64,000 nucleotides of DNA, taken from a bacterium (GTDB lineage: Bacteria > Desulfobacterota > DSWW01). Both the position numbers and the translations under genes were made by a program. Under the pieces are notes generated by a model, which did not search any database, had not been told where the DNA came from, and worked only from the letters and a program-made list of their open reading frames with translations. Shown in pieces: positions 1 to 10,056 of this stretch (positions are counted from its first letter, which is position 1; the number at the start of each line of letters is the position of its first letter). Location: assembly GCA_040756235.1 (NCBI GenBank), contig JBFLZG010000084.1:32001-96000 (forward strand), in the 5' to 3' direction.

Positions 1-997
1 GGGGCGGCACCTCCAGACCCTCTCCCTCGGCCAGGTCCGCGCCGTAGGTGCCTAGCCCCCCTCCGCCTCCGGCGAGCAGGAGCCGTCTGCCGGGCCTCCT
101 GCCCAGATGCCTGAGCGCGATCAGAACGTCGAGCACTTCGTCCACGCCTGAGGCCGGGATCGCGCCCGCCTGAGCCATCGCACCCTTCCAGATCTCCGCG
201 CTCCCGGCGAGCGAGCCCGTATGGGAGCGGACCGCCTGGCGCGAGACGGCGCTCCCGCCGACTTTCCACAGGATGACCGGCTTTCGGCCGGCTGCTTCCC
301 TGAGGGCAGCCAGGAAGGGCCTGGCGTTCCGGACGCCCTCCAGGTAGGCGGCGATGTAGCTCGTGCGCGGGTCCCTGGCGAAGTAGCGGAGGAAGTCGGT
401 CTCGTTGAGATCGGCACCGTTGCCGTAGCTCACCACCGCGCTGAAGTGGATGCCCAGGCTGTTGCCCATGCGAGCCACGTGGACGGAGAAGCCCCCGCTC
501 TGTGAAAGGAATGCCGTGTCGCCGGGAGTCCTGGACAGATCGTGGCCCGGAAGCAGCGTGAGTCCGTTGCGCGCGTTGTAGATGCCGAAGCAGTTCGGGC
601 CGATGATGCGAAAGCCCCCTTCGCGTGCGATCCGGAGAGCTTCCCCCTCCAGGGCCTCCCCCTCCGCGCCGAGCTCCCGGAATCCGGCTGCAACGACGAT
701 CACGCCCTTGACGCCGAGCCGGCCGCAGTCCTCGAGGACGTCCATGCAGAGGTGAGCGGGAATCGTGAGGTAAACCAGGTCCGGGACCTCGGGCAGGGAA
801 GAGAGGTCCGGGAAGGCGGGGCGGCCGAAAATCTCCTTCTCGCCGGGGTTGACGAGGTACAGGGATCCGTCGAAACCCATGGCGAGCTGGGTCAGGACGA
901 AGACGCTCCCGAATTTTCCGGGCTTGCCGGAGGCTCCGACCACGGCCATGGAACGCGCGTTGAGAATGGAGTCGATCTGGGCGTAGTCGGAGTCCAT
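1..997 (-). CDS. ADP-forming acyl-CoA synthetase / acetate-CoA ligase alpha-type CoA-binding protein (partial, runs off the window start)
   Basis: Not in the ORF track because it has no stop in the window. Manual translation from ATG 997: MDSDYAQIDSILNARSMAVVGASGKPGKFG...IIGPNCFGI...AFLSQSGG...SYGNGADL...SHTGSLAG, all family motifs. Confidence 0.85.
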   Translation of the reverse strand, partial: MDSDYAQIDSILNARSMAVVGASGKPGKFGSVFVLTQLAMGFDGSLYLVNPGEKEIFGRPAFPDLSSLPEVPDLVYLTIPAHLCMDVLEDCGRLGVKGVIVVAAGFRELGAEGEALEGEALRIAREGGFRIIGPNCFGIYNARNGLTLLPGHDLSRTPGDTAFLSQSGGFSVHVARMGNSLGIHFSAVVSYGNGADLNETDFLRYFARDPRTSYIAAYLEGVRNARPFLAALREAAGRKPVILWKVGGSAVSRQAVRSHTGSLAGSAEIWKGAMAQAGAIPASGVDEVLDVLIALRHLGRRPGRRLLLAGGGGGLGTYGADLAEGEGLEVPP

Positions 998-1265
998 GGG
1001 CATCCCCCTGCCGTGCTCACCGGGACAGAGTCGAATATTCTTCGGCCACCCGGGGAGAGGTTTGCGTGAGCGGGTCGATTGCGGCGAGCAACAATCAAAG
1101 GAGCAGGGCTCAAGGGTGAATCGCTGCCCTGAGACCCGCCCGGGGGTACCGGGAAAGTGCTCATGGAGCAGAGTCGATGGGCGGTACGCACGGGTGTGGG
1201 CTGCAACTCTGCGGACGGTCGCAAGCCCGGAACCCGTGAGAAGGCGGTCCGGTCCTCCCTCGGGC

Positions 1266-1565
1266 TCAGTCCGGGCTCTTCACTGTGGAGGAAGACTCTG
1301 TCTTGGGCGTAGATGCGGAATCGTCCTTGCTCGGTCCGGAGCTCGTGGAGGAGGCCGTCTTTTCCTTTTCGCTGGCCGAGGATCCCTTCCTTGCGTAATC
1401 GGTCACGTACCAGCCGGAACCCTTCAGGTGAAAGCTCGAACGGGAAATCAGCTTCCTGACCGGGCCGCCGCAGTACTTGCACGCCGGCTCGGCGCTGTCC
1501 TTGACGGACTTGAAGAGCTCGAATTCCTTACCGCAACGGCCGCACTGGTACTCGTAAATCGGCAT
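1266..1565 (-). CDS. FmdB-family zinc-ribbon regulatory protein
   Basis: MPIYEYQCGRCG...CKYCGG...FHLKGSGWYVTDY with a low-complexity Ser/Lys tail; start reassigned to ATG 1565. Confidence 0.9.
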   Translation of the reverse strand: MPIYEYQCGRCGKEFELFKSVKDSAEPACKYCGGPVRKLISRSSFHLKGSGWYVTDYARKGSSASEKEKTASSTSSGPSKDDSASTPKTESSSTVKSPD

Positions 1566-1592
1566 TTTCCAGGGTCCCCTTCCCAAAAGTCT

Positions 1593-2147
1593 CTAGTTGG
1601 ACATTCCTTCGATGAGATAATCGTCGCTGAAACATTCCAGCACCAGGTCGAGCTCGGAGCTGGAAGCGGGTTTGAGCACTTGCCGGGTGATGCCGTGGAC
1701 CCTCTCCTCCTCCCTTCTCCGCTCCTCGACCGGCATGTCGAAGCTGCACTGCCCACGGTCGAAGCGGACGATGTGGATCAGCTCGTGGGCTGCGATGTAA
1801 AGCATGAGCGGACCGAACCGGATGAAGGAGGTGCCGCGCCGGATGGCGTCCAGGATCCGGTTGTCCTGCAGGCAAATGCGGTAGAAATGGAGTCCGGCCG
1901 CGGAGTCCGGAACCTTGGCGGTTCCGTACTCGTACTTGCAGAGCTGAGCGAAAACGGTCTCGTTGACCTCGTGGTCCCGCAAGTGCGCCAGGGTCTTGAC
2001 GTCGTAGCGGTGGTCCTTCCACGCCCCGGACGGAAGCCCGAAGTAGCGTCCCGCAAGTTTCTCTGCGGCCTGAAAGGCGTTCCGGGTATGGTCGATCTCT
2101 CCTGGGCCGAACATCATGCGAACGGTTCCTTCAGAGGAGCGGCTCAC
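1593..2147 (-). CDS. Hypothetical protein with HEXXH (possible zincin-like metalloprotein)
   Basis: YIAAHELIH followed by downstream EEERV; co-oriented with and 27 bp upstream of the FmdB gene; start uncertain. Confidence 0.6.
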   Translation of the reverse strand: MSRSSEGTVRMMFGPGEIDHTRNAFQAAEKLAGRYFGLPSGAWKDHRYDVKTLAHLRDHEVNETVFAQLCKYEYGTAKVPDSAAGLHFYRICLQDNRILDAIRRGTSFIRFGPLMLYIAAHELIHIVRFDRGQCSFDMPVEERRREEERVHGITRQVLKPASSSELDLVLECFSDDYLIEGMSN

Positions 2148-2206
2148 ACCCTTAATCGTTTAAGACATCCGATGGCCGAAGTCAAGCCCTGGGACAGCCT
2201 CCGACA

Positions 2207-2335
2207 GAGCCTGTCCCAGGGAATGAGTCGTACCTTGATGCAAGCCACAGTGGACCCCGGCCTTCGCCGGGGCAGGCTCCCCGGCCCCATGTCTCCCGAG
2301 CCGAACGCAGCAGATGCGCGTTTTGGGACAGCCTC
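2207..2335 (+). mobile_element. MITE-like palindromic repeat, copy 1 (degenerate, left core missing)
   Basis: GAGCCTGTCCCA...TGGGACAGCCTC ends; internal GACCCCGGCCTTCGCCGGGGCAGGCTCCCC and AACGCAGCAGATG shared with other copies. Confidence 0.75.
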
Positions 2336-2339
2336 CGGG

Positions 2340-3452
2340 CTAGCGCTCGCGCACCGGGGTCAACTTCCACTCCACATTGGACAGCTCGCGTACGCGATTG
2401 GGATCGAAGTCGCGGTCCTTGGAGTAGATCTTGTCTCCGCCAAAATTGGTCCACCGGAACTTGTACTCGTCGGAGTCGCGCTCGATTTCCTTGGTGTAGG
2501 GGTTCACGTACTCTTCCTGGCCCGTCAGGAACAGATAGCTCTCGTGCCGGATCTCGGCATGGGTCTTCTGCCGGTGCTCCACGATCTCCTGATCGATCCG
2601 CTGGATGTACTTCATGGTTTCCTGCGCCATCTGAGCTCTCTCTCCCTGGGCTCGCGTGTAGGCCGCCACCCACTGGGGGTTGAACTGAAGGGACTGGCGG
2701 ATGATGTCGACCACCGGCTTCCACTTTTCGGCTTCCGCGGCGGGGGCGCGCATGGCCAGGGTATATGAATTGCTCCACATGGCGGCCGCGCCCCGGTTGT
2801 CCACGAGGGCCGTGAGCAAGGCCTCGCGGTACGGGACGTTCGCCTCGGTGTACTCGAATACGAGCCCTCCGGCATGGAAGCCCATGGGAGGGAGCCCCAT
2901 CTGAACGGTGAAATCGTTCACGGGCTTGTAGAGCTTCCGATAGATGTCGGCGAGCTCGGGCATGTCCTGCTTCTCCACGACCTTGGCAGCGGAGGCCCTG
3001 GGGTGCAGGCGCTTGAACGTCTCCTGGAGAAACCCGTGGACGTTCGGCATCGGTTTGACTTCCATCCCCTGGTAGGAGGACCCCGGGGGGAAGAAACCTG
3101 CCGACATGGCAAACTGCGGGTTCCGCGTCATGTCCGCGTAGTTGTAACTGGGGAGCCAGCGGACGGACACCGAGCCGGCATCGTCCTTCTTCACGGTGAA
3201 GTCGCACTTCGTGTCGATGGAGTTGCCGGGCCCGTTGGCCTGGAGCGGGTCGATGGCGAACATCCCCCCCTCCGTCTTCCATCCCTTCGGCGCCAGGACG
3301 GTGAACGCCTTCTGGTTCGGCTCCCATGCCCGCTCGAACACGAGAGGGGGCTCTCCGCCACCGGGTCCTTCGGGCTCCGCCCCTGCAGACGGGGCATGGG
3401 CGGCAAAGAGGAGCACAACAAAGGCCAGGCGGAGAACGCTGCGACGGGCCAT
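2340..3452 (-). CDS. Secreted hypothetical protein
   Basis: ATG 3452 gives MARRSVLRLAFVVLLFAAHAPSAGA, a signal-peptide-like N-terminus; 370-aa ORF; no family recognised. Confidence 0.7.
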   Translation of the reverse strand: MARRSVLRLAFVVLLFAAHAPSAGAEPEGPGGGEPPLVFERAWEPNQKAFTVLAPKGWKTEGGMFAIDPLQANGPGNSIDTKCDFTVKKDDAGSVSVRWLPSYNYADMTRNPQFAMSAGFFPPGSSYQGMEVKPMPNVHGFLQETFKRLHPRASAAKVVEKQDMPELADIYRKLYKPVNDFTVQMGLPPMGFHAGGLVFEYTEANVPYREALLTALVDNRGAAAMWSNSYTLAMRAPAAEAEKWKPVVDIIRQSLQFNPQWVAAYTRAQGERAQMAQETMKYIQRIDQEIVEHRQKTHAEIRHESYLFLTGQEEYVNPYTKEIERDSDEYKFRWTNFGGDKIYSKDRDFDPNRVRELSNVEWKLTPVRER

Positions 3453-3736
3453 CAGGGACCTCCTATTCGGGATCGGAACACTTGGGCCGCTCTTCGAGCC
3501 GCATGCGGCGAGGGCTGAAAAGCGCTCCTGCTCTACATGACAGGCCGGCATTCTACTAGAAAGAGGATGCAATCGAAATCGTTGACAGCGGTGAACGGGT
3601 GCACTTATGCCGCGGCGCGAAAGGCGGGCGAGCTCACGGCTCGACAGGATCAAACAGGATCTCGGATTCGAGCCTCGCTACACCTCCCGGCAGACGCTGG
3701 AGATCTTCCGCGACTGCTCTCGGGCGTGATCTCCTG

Positions 3737-4903
3737 TCACTTCCCCTTTCTCTGGTCGAACCTCCGGCCGAAGAGCATGCTCGCCATGGTGATGCGGAGC
3801 ATGTTGACCGTGCCGCCTGCCACGGACCAGGCGCGTGCGTCCCGGGCCATCCTCTCCATCGGGAATTCCCGGCTGTAACCGTATCCGCCGAAAACCTGCA
3901 TGGCGGAGGCGGTCACATCCGCAGCCATCTCGTTGGCGTAACACTTGGCCATGCCAGATTCGTAGATCGAGGGAAGCCCCCGGCCGGCCCCGAGCGCGGC
4001 CCGATACACGAGCAGGCGCGCCGCGTCGAGCCTCATGGCCATGTCCACGATCGAGAACTGGACCGCCTGGAACTCGCAGATGGGCCTGCCGAAGGCGTGG
4101 CGCACCTGCGCATAGGCCTTGGCCTCTTCGACAGCGCCGCCGGCCACCCCCAGGCACATCGCGGCATTGCCGCACCGCTCGATGTCGAAGGTCAGCATGA
4201 GGCTGCCGAAATCCCCTGCCTTGACGACCACGTTTTCCCTCGGGACCCTCACGTCCTCGAAGATGAGATCGCAGGAGGGCATACCCCTGAGGCCCATGAA
4301 CTGCTCCTGCTTTCCGAAGCTGAAACCGGGAGTGCCCTTCTCGACCAGAAGCCCGCCGATCCCTCTGTATCCGGGGATGTCGCCGAACCGCGTATAGACC
4401 ATGTAGTGGCTGGCATGGCCGGCGCCAGAGATGAAGATCTTGCGTCCGTTCAGGACGTACCCGTCACCGTCCTCGACGGCCCGCGTGGTCAGGGAAGTGA
4501 GATCGGAGCCGGCCTCCGGCTCGGTCATGCACACGGAGACGCTGTTCGTCCCCTTGCAGACCGCGGGCAGGACCCTTCTCTTCTGCTGCTCGGTCCCGAA
4601 GAGATCGATGACCCGGACCGGGCCTACGTTGGACTCGAATACGGGCGACGCGATCACGGGGCTGAACTTCGCCAGCTCCTCGATCGCCAGGATCGCGTTG
4701 ATGGCCGGCTGCCCTCCCCCGCCGTACTCCGGCGAGAGCACCATTCCCAGGAGCCCCATTTGCGCGAACTTCGGTACCAGCTGGACCGGGAACTCGCCCG
4801 TGGCGTCGATGTGCCTGGCCAGGTCCTTGAACTTCTCCCGCTCTCCCATGGTGCGCAGGGTGTCAACCAGCATCTTCTGTTCGTCGCTCAAGGTGAAATC
4901 CAT
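3737..4903 (-). CDS. Acyl-CoA dehydrogenase family protein
   Basis: MDFTLSDEQ start, CMTEPEAGSDL, LNGRKIFIS, QVFGGYGY motifs. Confidence 0.93.
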   Translation of the reverse strand: MDFTLSDEQKMLVDTLRTMGEREKFKDLARHIDATGEFPVQLVPKFAQMGLLGMVLSPEYGGGGQPAINAILAIEELAKFSPVIASPVFESNVGPVRVIDLFGTEQQKRRVLPAVCKGTNSVSVCMTEPEAGSDLTSLTTRAVEDGDGYVLNGRKIFISGAGHASHYMVYTRFGDIPGYRGIGGLLVEKGTPGFSFGKQEQFMGLRGMPSCDLIFEDVRVPRENVVVKAGDFGSLMLTFDIERCGNAAMCLGVAGGAVEEAKAYAQVRHAFGRPICEFQAVQFSIVDMAMRLDAARLLVYRAALGAGRGLPSIYESGMAKCYANEMAADVTASAMQVFGGYGYSREFPMERMARDARAWSVAGGTVNMLRITMASMLFGRRFDQRKGK

Positions 4904-4949
4904 GGCGTGCTCCTCTTCGGGGTTCTGCCGGGCGGTGCGGTTCAGAGGG

Positions 4950-6317
4950 CTACACGAGGGCGGTCCATTCGCGTACATCTCCGAGCTCGTCGAACCGCCT
5001 GGCGAGACGGATCGCCTCCTCGACGTTCGGACGATCTCTCCGAGCAGCAAAGCGCCTCACCTTTGCAGAGACCTCCTCTTCGCTCAGGGGATCCCTCGGG
5101 TCACCCTTGGGAATCTCCACCTGGCGTACGAGTCTCTTTCCGGAGGCGAGCCGGACCTCCACGCGGGTCGAAGTTCTTTCCGGGTAGGCCCGGTTGAGCT
5201 CCTCATCGTAGCGAACGGCGACCCTCGTGCAGAGCTCGAGCAGGGACGGATCCCGCAGCCGATCCTCCCGGAGCTGCCGGGGCCCCATTTCGCCGTCCGT
5301 CAGGCAGCAGGCCACGACGTACGGGATCGAGAACTGGGCCGAGACGAAGCTGTCCTCCTTGGTGACCGTCTTGCCGACTGCGAGCGCCGCGATGCCGTAG
5401 GTGAAGACCTCGACGGCCTCCACTTCCTGGACGCGCAGCTGCTCGTCCCGGGCGAGCGCGAGGGCAGCCTGAGCGGCGCCGTGGGTGTGCCGGCAGGCGG
5501 TGTAAGGCTTGAGATAGACGTCCAGGATCGTGTGGTGCTCGCCCAGCCGCTCGGTGATCCGCTCCAGGGCGGCGTTGTCGGCAGTCGTGATCAAGGTGAA
5601 GCCGCCCTTCAGGGCGGAGCCCTCGAGCACGTGCGGGGCGCCCGTGATCCCGGCCCGGGCGAGCCCGGCCGCGCTGATGCCGCAGGCTGCGGCCTGCCCG
5701 CCCTGGACGACCTTGACCGTGAACCCGCCCATGAGCTGCTCGGCCATGCTGAGAGGAGCCAGATAGCCGGCACAGCCGAGCGCGTCGCGCATCCCGGTGC
5801 GGTCGAGGCCCAGGAGCTTGGCGGCCGCGCAGGCAGCCCCGAAAGTACCGCACGTCCCGGTCGGCAGGAAGCCGGACAGCGTGTGGCGGGGATGGACCGC
5901 GGCGGCGATCCGGTTGGCCGCCTCGTAGCCCGCCACGACGGCCTCGAGGACCTGCCGTCCGTCACTTCCCAGCTCCTCGGCCACCGCCAGGGCGGCCGGG
6001 ATCACGGCGGTCCCCGGATGATTGCCGCCGAACCGCAGCCCGTCCTGGGCTTCCACCGCTTCAGCGGTCACACCGTTGAGGAAGGCGGCATCGCGCGGTT
6101 CGGTCCTGAACCCGCAGCCCAGCACTGTGGAGATTCCAGCCATATTCGAGCGGCGAAATCCGGAGACGATGCGCCCGACCGCCTCGAGCTCGAGAGAACC
6201 ATACACGTTGGCGAGGAAATCCAGGAGGCAGAGCTTGGCTTTTCGGATCACCTGCTCCGGGAGGCGATCGAACGTCAGCTCGCTCAAGGCCGCAGCCAGT
6301 CTTCGGGTCTCGTCCAT
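4950..6317 (-). CDS. MmgE/PrpD family protein
   Basis: NHPGTAVIPAALA, EAVVAGYE, KPYTACRHTH, PKGDPRDPLS motifs; 455 aa. Confidence 0.9.
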   Translation of the reverse strand: MDETRRLAAALSELTFDRLPEQVIRKAKLCLLDFLANVYGSLELEAVGRIVSGFRRSNMAGISTVLGCGFRTEPRDAAFLNGVTAEAVEAQDGLRFGGNHPGTAVIPAALAVAEELGSDGRQVLEAVVAGYEAANRIAAAVHPRHTLSGFLPTGTCGTFGAACAAAKLLGLDRTGMRDALGCAGYLAPLSMAEQLMGGFTVKVVQGGQAAACGISAAGLARAGITGAPHVLEGSALKGGFTLITTADNAALERITERLGEHHTILDVYLKPYTACRHTHGAAQAALALARDEQLRVQEVEAVEVFTYGIAALAVGKTVTKEDSFVSAQFSIPYVVACCLTDGEMGPRQLREDRLRDPSLLELCTRVAVRYDEELNRAYPERTSTRVEVRLASGKRLVRQVEIPKGDPRDPLSEEEVSAKVRRFAARRDRPNVEEAIRLARRFDELGDVREWTALV

Positions 6318-6332
6318 CCGCAGCCTCCTGAT

Positions 6333-7142
6333 TCACACGTAGCCGCGTTGCTCGTAGATCCGGATCACTCGGTGCGGGTCCAGGACCTCCCGGAGCACCC
6401 GGAGCTCTTCTCTCCTGGGCGGCTCGGTTGCGTGCACGTCGCCCGCGACCTCGAGCGCCCACGGGGTGAGACCGGCCACCTCCTCCACGGAGCTGCCGGG
6501 GTGGTACGAGGAGAGGACCGCCTCCTTGGTTTCCGGATCGAAGCGGAGCACCGCCTTGTTGGTGATGATGACCGATGGCCCGGTATCCGGCGGAAGCCCC
6601 CAGCGCTCCCTGGCGCCGGGGCCGTCGATGTACCCGGGAGTGGTAATGAAGTCCACCCGTTCGGCCAGGCGCCTCGAGTCGTGCAGGGTGATGATGATGA
6701 CCCGCCGGGCCATGGAGCCGATCGGATTGGCTCCGCCGCTGCCCGGCAGGCGGCTTCTCGGATTTTCGTAGTCCCCGATCACCGTCGTGTTGATGTTTCC
6801 GTACTTGTCCACCTGGCTGCCCGCGAGGAACCCGACGTCCACCCACCCGCCCTGGAGGAACATGCCCATGATGTCCACCAGGCCGCCGATCATGGCCGCG
6901 CCCGGATTCAGGCAGGGATCGCCCACCGAAAGGGCGGGTCTGCGGGGCCGCGCGTCATAGACGCCGGACTCCTGCATCATCGTGGCCCCGGGCGCGTGCG
7001 TGTGCTTGGCGATGTTCGCTGCGATGGTCGGAAACCCGGTTCCCACGATGACCAGGTCTCCGTTCCGGATCTCCCGGGCGCCGCAGCAGGCCATGAGCTC
7101 GGGCTTGTTGTAGTCGTTGGGGTGGTCGTCCATCTTGCGCAT
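6333..7142 (-). CDS. Family I CoA-transferase beta subunit (GctB-like)
   Basis: VIVGTGFP, MQESG (catalytic Glu), QVDKYGNIN, RLPGSGGA. Confidence 0.9.
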   Translation of the reverse strand: MRKMDDHPNDYNKPELMACCGAREIRNGDLVIVGTGFPTIAANIAKHTHAPGATMMQESGVYDARPRRPALSVGDPCLNPGAAMIGGLVDIMGMFLQGGWVDVGFLAGSQVDKYGNINTTVIGDYENPRSRLPGSGGANPIGSMARRVIIITLHDSRRLAERVDFITTPGYIDGPGARERWGLPPDTGPSVIITNKAVLRFDPETKEAVLSSYHPGSSVEEVAGLTPWALEVAGDVHATEPPRREELRVLREVLDPHRVIRIYEQRGYV

Positions 7143-7210
7143 CTCCCTGTTGCCGTTGCCCAGGCCGTCACATCGCAGATGCCGGGGCAGGTTTCAAACC
7201 TGCCCACAAG

Positions 7211-8152
7211 CTAATAGGCGTAGCTGACCGGGTAGCCATAATCGAACTCGGCCGCAAGACCGCTGAAGGCCTTGTAGCCGAAGCGCTCGATGTAATGCTG
7301 CAGGTACCGGGCCCGGTCCGCCTGCCCGAAGACCCACTCGTCGAGGAAAGCCCGGAAGCCTTCGACCGTATCGGAAGCCTGCTGGTACAGAGCGCCGAAC
7401 ACGAAGTCCACGTCGTAGAAACCGGGCGTGTAGCCCGGATGGGCCCCGAAGGGCTCTTCCACGACCGCCACGACCTTGAATTCCGGCACGATGGTGCGCG
7501 AGGGGTCCTTGCCGATCACCTCCCGCGACACGATCCGCTCGCAGCTCACGATGACCTTGCGGGCGGCGTTGGCGCCGACCTTGCAGTCTCCCCCGATCCC
7601 CCAGATCTGGGCGTTCCCGGTCGCGTCTGCCTGCTGAACGTGGATGATGGCCACGTCCGGGTGCAGAGCGGGGACCAGGAGGGTCGGCGTTCCGTCGAAG
7701 GGGGATTCGATGATCTTGTATTTGCCGTCGCCCATGAAGGACTTCACTTTGAGAAGGTCCGACCCGAGCATGTCCTTCACCGGGACGAACGGCATGCCCA
7801 TGGAACCGGCCATGAGCATCATGGGCAGCGAGAGGTTCGAGTACTCTTCCAGCTCGATCTTCCGGGGGATCCCTTTCTCCAGGGAGCGCCGGAAGCAGCG
7901 GCCGAGCCCGCGGAAGCCCAGGGAGAGAAAGGTGGAGATGAAACGCTTCACGACGCCGGCGCCGATCATCAGGTCGAAATCTTCCGCCGCGTTGCTGCGC
8001 GTGATCGTCAGGTCCTTCCGGCCCTGGCGGATGATCTCGTGGATGGCCGAGAAGGGGGTCCTGCAGATGTAGCCTCCGATGAACAGGAAATCGCCGTCGT
8101 GGACGTGCTCGGCGATGGCCGCCTTCATGGTCGTGACTTTGCTTTCGTTCAA
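7211..8152 (-). CDS. Family I CoA-transferase alpha subunit (GctA-like)
   Basis: HEIIRQG..DL, PDVAIIHVQQADATGN, PFGAHP; TTG start with AGGAGG RBS. Confidence 0.9.
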   Translation of the reverse strand: MNESKVTTMKAAIAEHVHDGDFLFIGGYICRTPFSAIHEIIRQGRKDLTITRSNAAEDFDLMIGAGVVKRFISTFLSLGFRGLGRCFRRSLEKGIPRKIELEEYSNLSLPMMLMAGSMGMPFVPVKDMLGSDLLKVKSFMGDGKYKIIESPFDGTPTLLVPALHPDVAIIHVQQADATGNAQIWGIGGDCKVGANAARKVIVSCERIVSREVIGKDPSRTIVPEFKVVAVVEEPFGAHPGYTPGFYDVDFVFGALYQQASDTVEGFRAFLDEWVFGQADRARYLQHYIERFGYKAFSGLAAEFDYGYPVSYAY

Positions 8153-8186
8153 CGGTTCCTCCTAGGGGCTGTTGGAAAGGCTGTCT

Positions 8187-9986
8187 CTAGAGGCTGCTGT
8201 CTCCTGTCATGGCTTTCAGCAATTCCTCGTCCAGAGTCTTGCGTCGCCAGTCGAACGGCATGGGCAGCATGGCGATCCTGTGCCCCTTGTCCGCCGCGTC
8301 AACGTCCACGTCCAGGACAAAGGGAGCGCCGCTTCGGAGGGCTTCCCTGAGGGCGGGCCTGAAGCCGTCCGGGGACGTCACTTTCCTGCCCTCGACTCCC
8401 ATGGAGCTTGCCATCTTCACGTAATCAGGGGTGTAGGGCTCCCTCGTCTTTCCACGCTGCATGTCGCAGAACGAGGAGCGTTTATAGATCATCTCCATGG
8501 CCTCTCGTTCGATACCGATGGTGCGGTTGTTGAGGATCACCCAGACCGCGGGGATGTCGTGCTCCACGGCCGTGGAGATGGCCAGCCCGGTCATCATGAA
8601 GGAGCCGTCCCCGATGAAGGCCAGGGACGGGTGATCCGGGTTTGCCAGCCGGGCCCCGAGGGCCCCGCCGCAGCTCCAGCCCATGCGCGCAAAGTGGCCA
8701 TTGTTGGTCGCCGTGTAAACGGAGGTGGCCCGATAGAAAGCGGGGGCGTTCAACAACATGTTCCCGGTATCGAACAGGACGGACGTGTCGGGGTCGACTT
8801 CCCGGACCACTTCGCAGGCATCGTGGAGGAGCCTCGCATTCGACATCCGCTCGCCTGTGCCCGCAATCAGCCCCTCGGCTTCCGCGATCCAGGCGGCGCG
8901 CCAACCGGCGATCCGGTTCCTCCATTCTTCAAACGCACCCTCTCCGAGCCCGGTCCCGGCGAGCTCTCTGACGAGAGCCTCGAGCCCCAGCCGTGCGTCC
9001 GACAGGATCGCGACTTCGGCGGGGTAGTTGCGGGACAGCTCGATCGGATCGATGTCGATGTGGATCAGCCTGGCCCGGCCCGGAATCGGATACAGGTTCC
9101 AGGCCAGGGTGTTGAAGTCCTGGAACCTCACACCGGCTGCAACCAGCACGTCGCATTCGCGGGCGGCCTGCCAGCCGTGCCGGGTACCCGAAGGGTCGAT
9201 GGTCCCCACGCTCAGGGGATGGTCCTCGGCAAGAGCTCCCTTTCCGGAAAAGGTCGTTCCGGCGGGAATCCCGTACGCCTCGGCAAGCCCTCTGAAGACC
9301 TTCGCCGCCCCGGCGTTGTGCACGCCGCTGCCGGCAAGGAGCAAGGGCCGTCTGGCCTGCTTCAGGATTTCGACGGATCTGGAAACGGCCAGCGGATCCG
9401 GGCCGGGCGGATGGATGCGTGTCCACAGATCCGGCGCGGGGATCTCCTCCAGGTCGATCGGGGTGTGCTGGACGTCGAAAGGGAGTTGCACGACCACCGG
9501 CCCGGGCCGTCCGGAAAGCGCCTCCTTGTAAGCGCGCACGACGATCTCGAGGGCCGTGTCGGGTCTCATCGCCAGTACCGCCTTCTTGCAGATCGGCTTG
9601 ACGACCTGGATGAACTCTTCCGAGCCGTACCGGTAGCATTCCTCGAAGCTCCCCCGGTCCATCCATTGCGTGGGGCCGGCCCCCGCCAGGATGAGCATGG
9701 CGGAGGATTCGTAGAAGGCGTTGGCCAGGGCGGCGCAAATGTTCATGTTGCCGGGGCCGACCGTGGTGAGGACGACGGGCAGCGGCGCCTTGCGGCGCAT
9801 GCGCCAAAAGCAGTCGGCCATGTGGACGGCCGTGTCCTCGGCGTTCGCCTTGATGCCCCGGATCCCGGATTCGTGCGCGACGGCGTCGAGGAGGGCCCAG
9901 TTCCCGTGGCCGTTGTAGCCGAACGCGACCTCGACCCCGGCCTTCTCGAGGAACTTGACGATGGCATGGGCCACGTGCGTTCTCAT
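8187..9986 (-). CDS. Thiamine-diphosphate-dependent enzyme (acetolactate synthase/IolD-like superfamily)
   Basis: FGYNGHGNW N-terminal loop, conserved Glu (NAEDTA), TVGPGNMN, GRPGPV, FIGDGSF...LNN ThDP motif. Confidence 0.9.
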   Translation of the reverse strand: MRTHVAHAIVKFLEKAGVEVAFGYNGHGNWALLDAVAHESGIRGIKANAEDTAVHMADCFWRMRRKAPLPVVLTTVGPGNMNICAALANAFYESSAMLILAGAGPTQWMDRGSFEECYRYGSEEFIQVVKPICKKAVLAMRPDTALEIVVRAYKEALSGRPGPVVVQLPFDVQHTPIDLEEIPAPDLWTRIHPPGPDPLAVSRSVEILKQARRPLLLAGSGVHNAGAAKVFRGLAEAYGIPAGTTFSGKGALAEDHPLSVGTIDPSGTRHGWQAARECDVLVAAGVRFQDFNTLAWNLYPIPGRARLIHIDIDPIELSRNYPAEVAILSDARLGLEALVRELAGTGLGEGAFEEWRNRIAGWRAAWIAEAEGLIAGTGERMSNARLLHDACEVVREVDPDTSVLFDTGNMLLNAPAFYRATSVYTATNNGHFARMGWSCGGALGARLANPDHPSLAFIGDGSFMMTGLAISTAVEHDIPAVWVILNNRTIGIEREAMEMIYKRSSFCDMQRGKTREPYTPDYVKMASSMGVEGRKVTSPDGFRPALREALRSGAPFVLDVDVDAADKGHRIAMLPMPFDWRRKTLDEELLKAMTGDSSL

Positions 9987-10056
9987 CGCGACTCTCCTCA
10001 GCCCCGCATGGGTACCTTCATGGGGCGCATCTTCTTCCGAACAAGAAATCCGGATG

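Noticed and set aside
3582..3680. Possible promoter (TTGACA) and structured RNA between the secreted protein and acyl-CoA dehydrogenase genes
   Set aside because: No convincing -10 element, terminator or recognisable RNA family.
8162..8186. CTAGGGGCTGTTGGAAAGG resembling a MITE end
   Set aside because: Too short and without a partner end; not counted as a copy.
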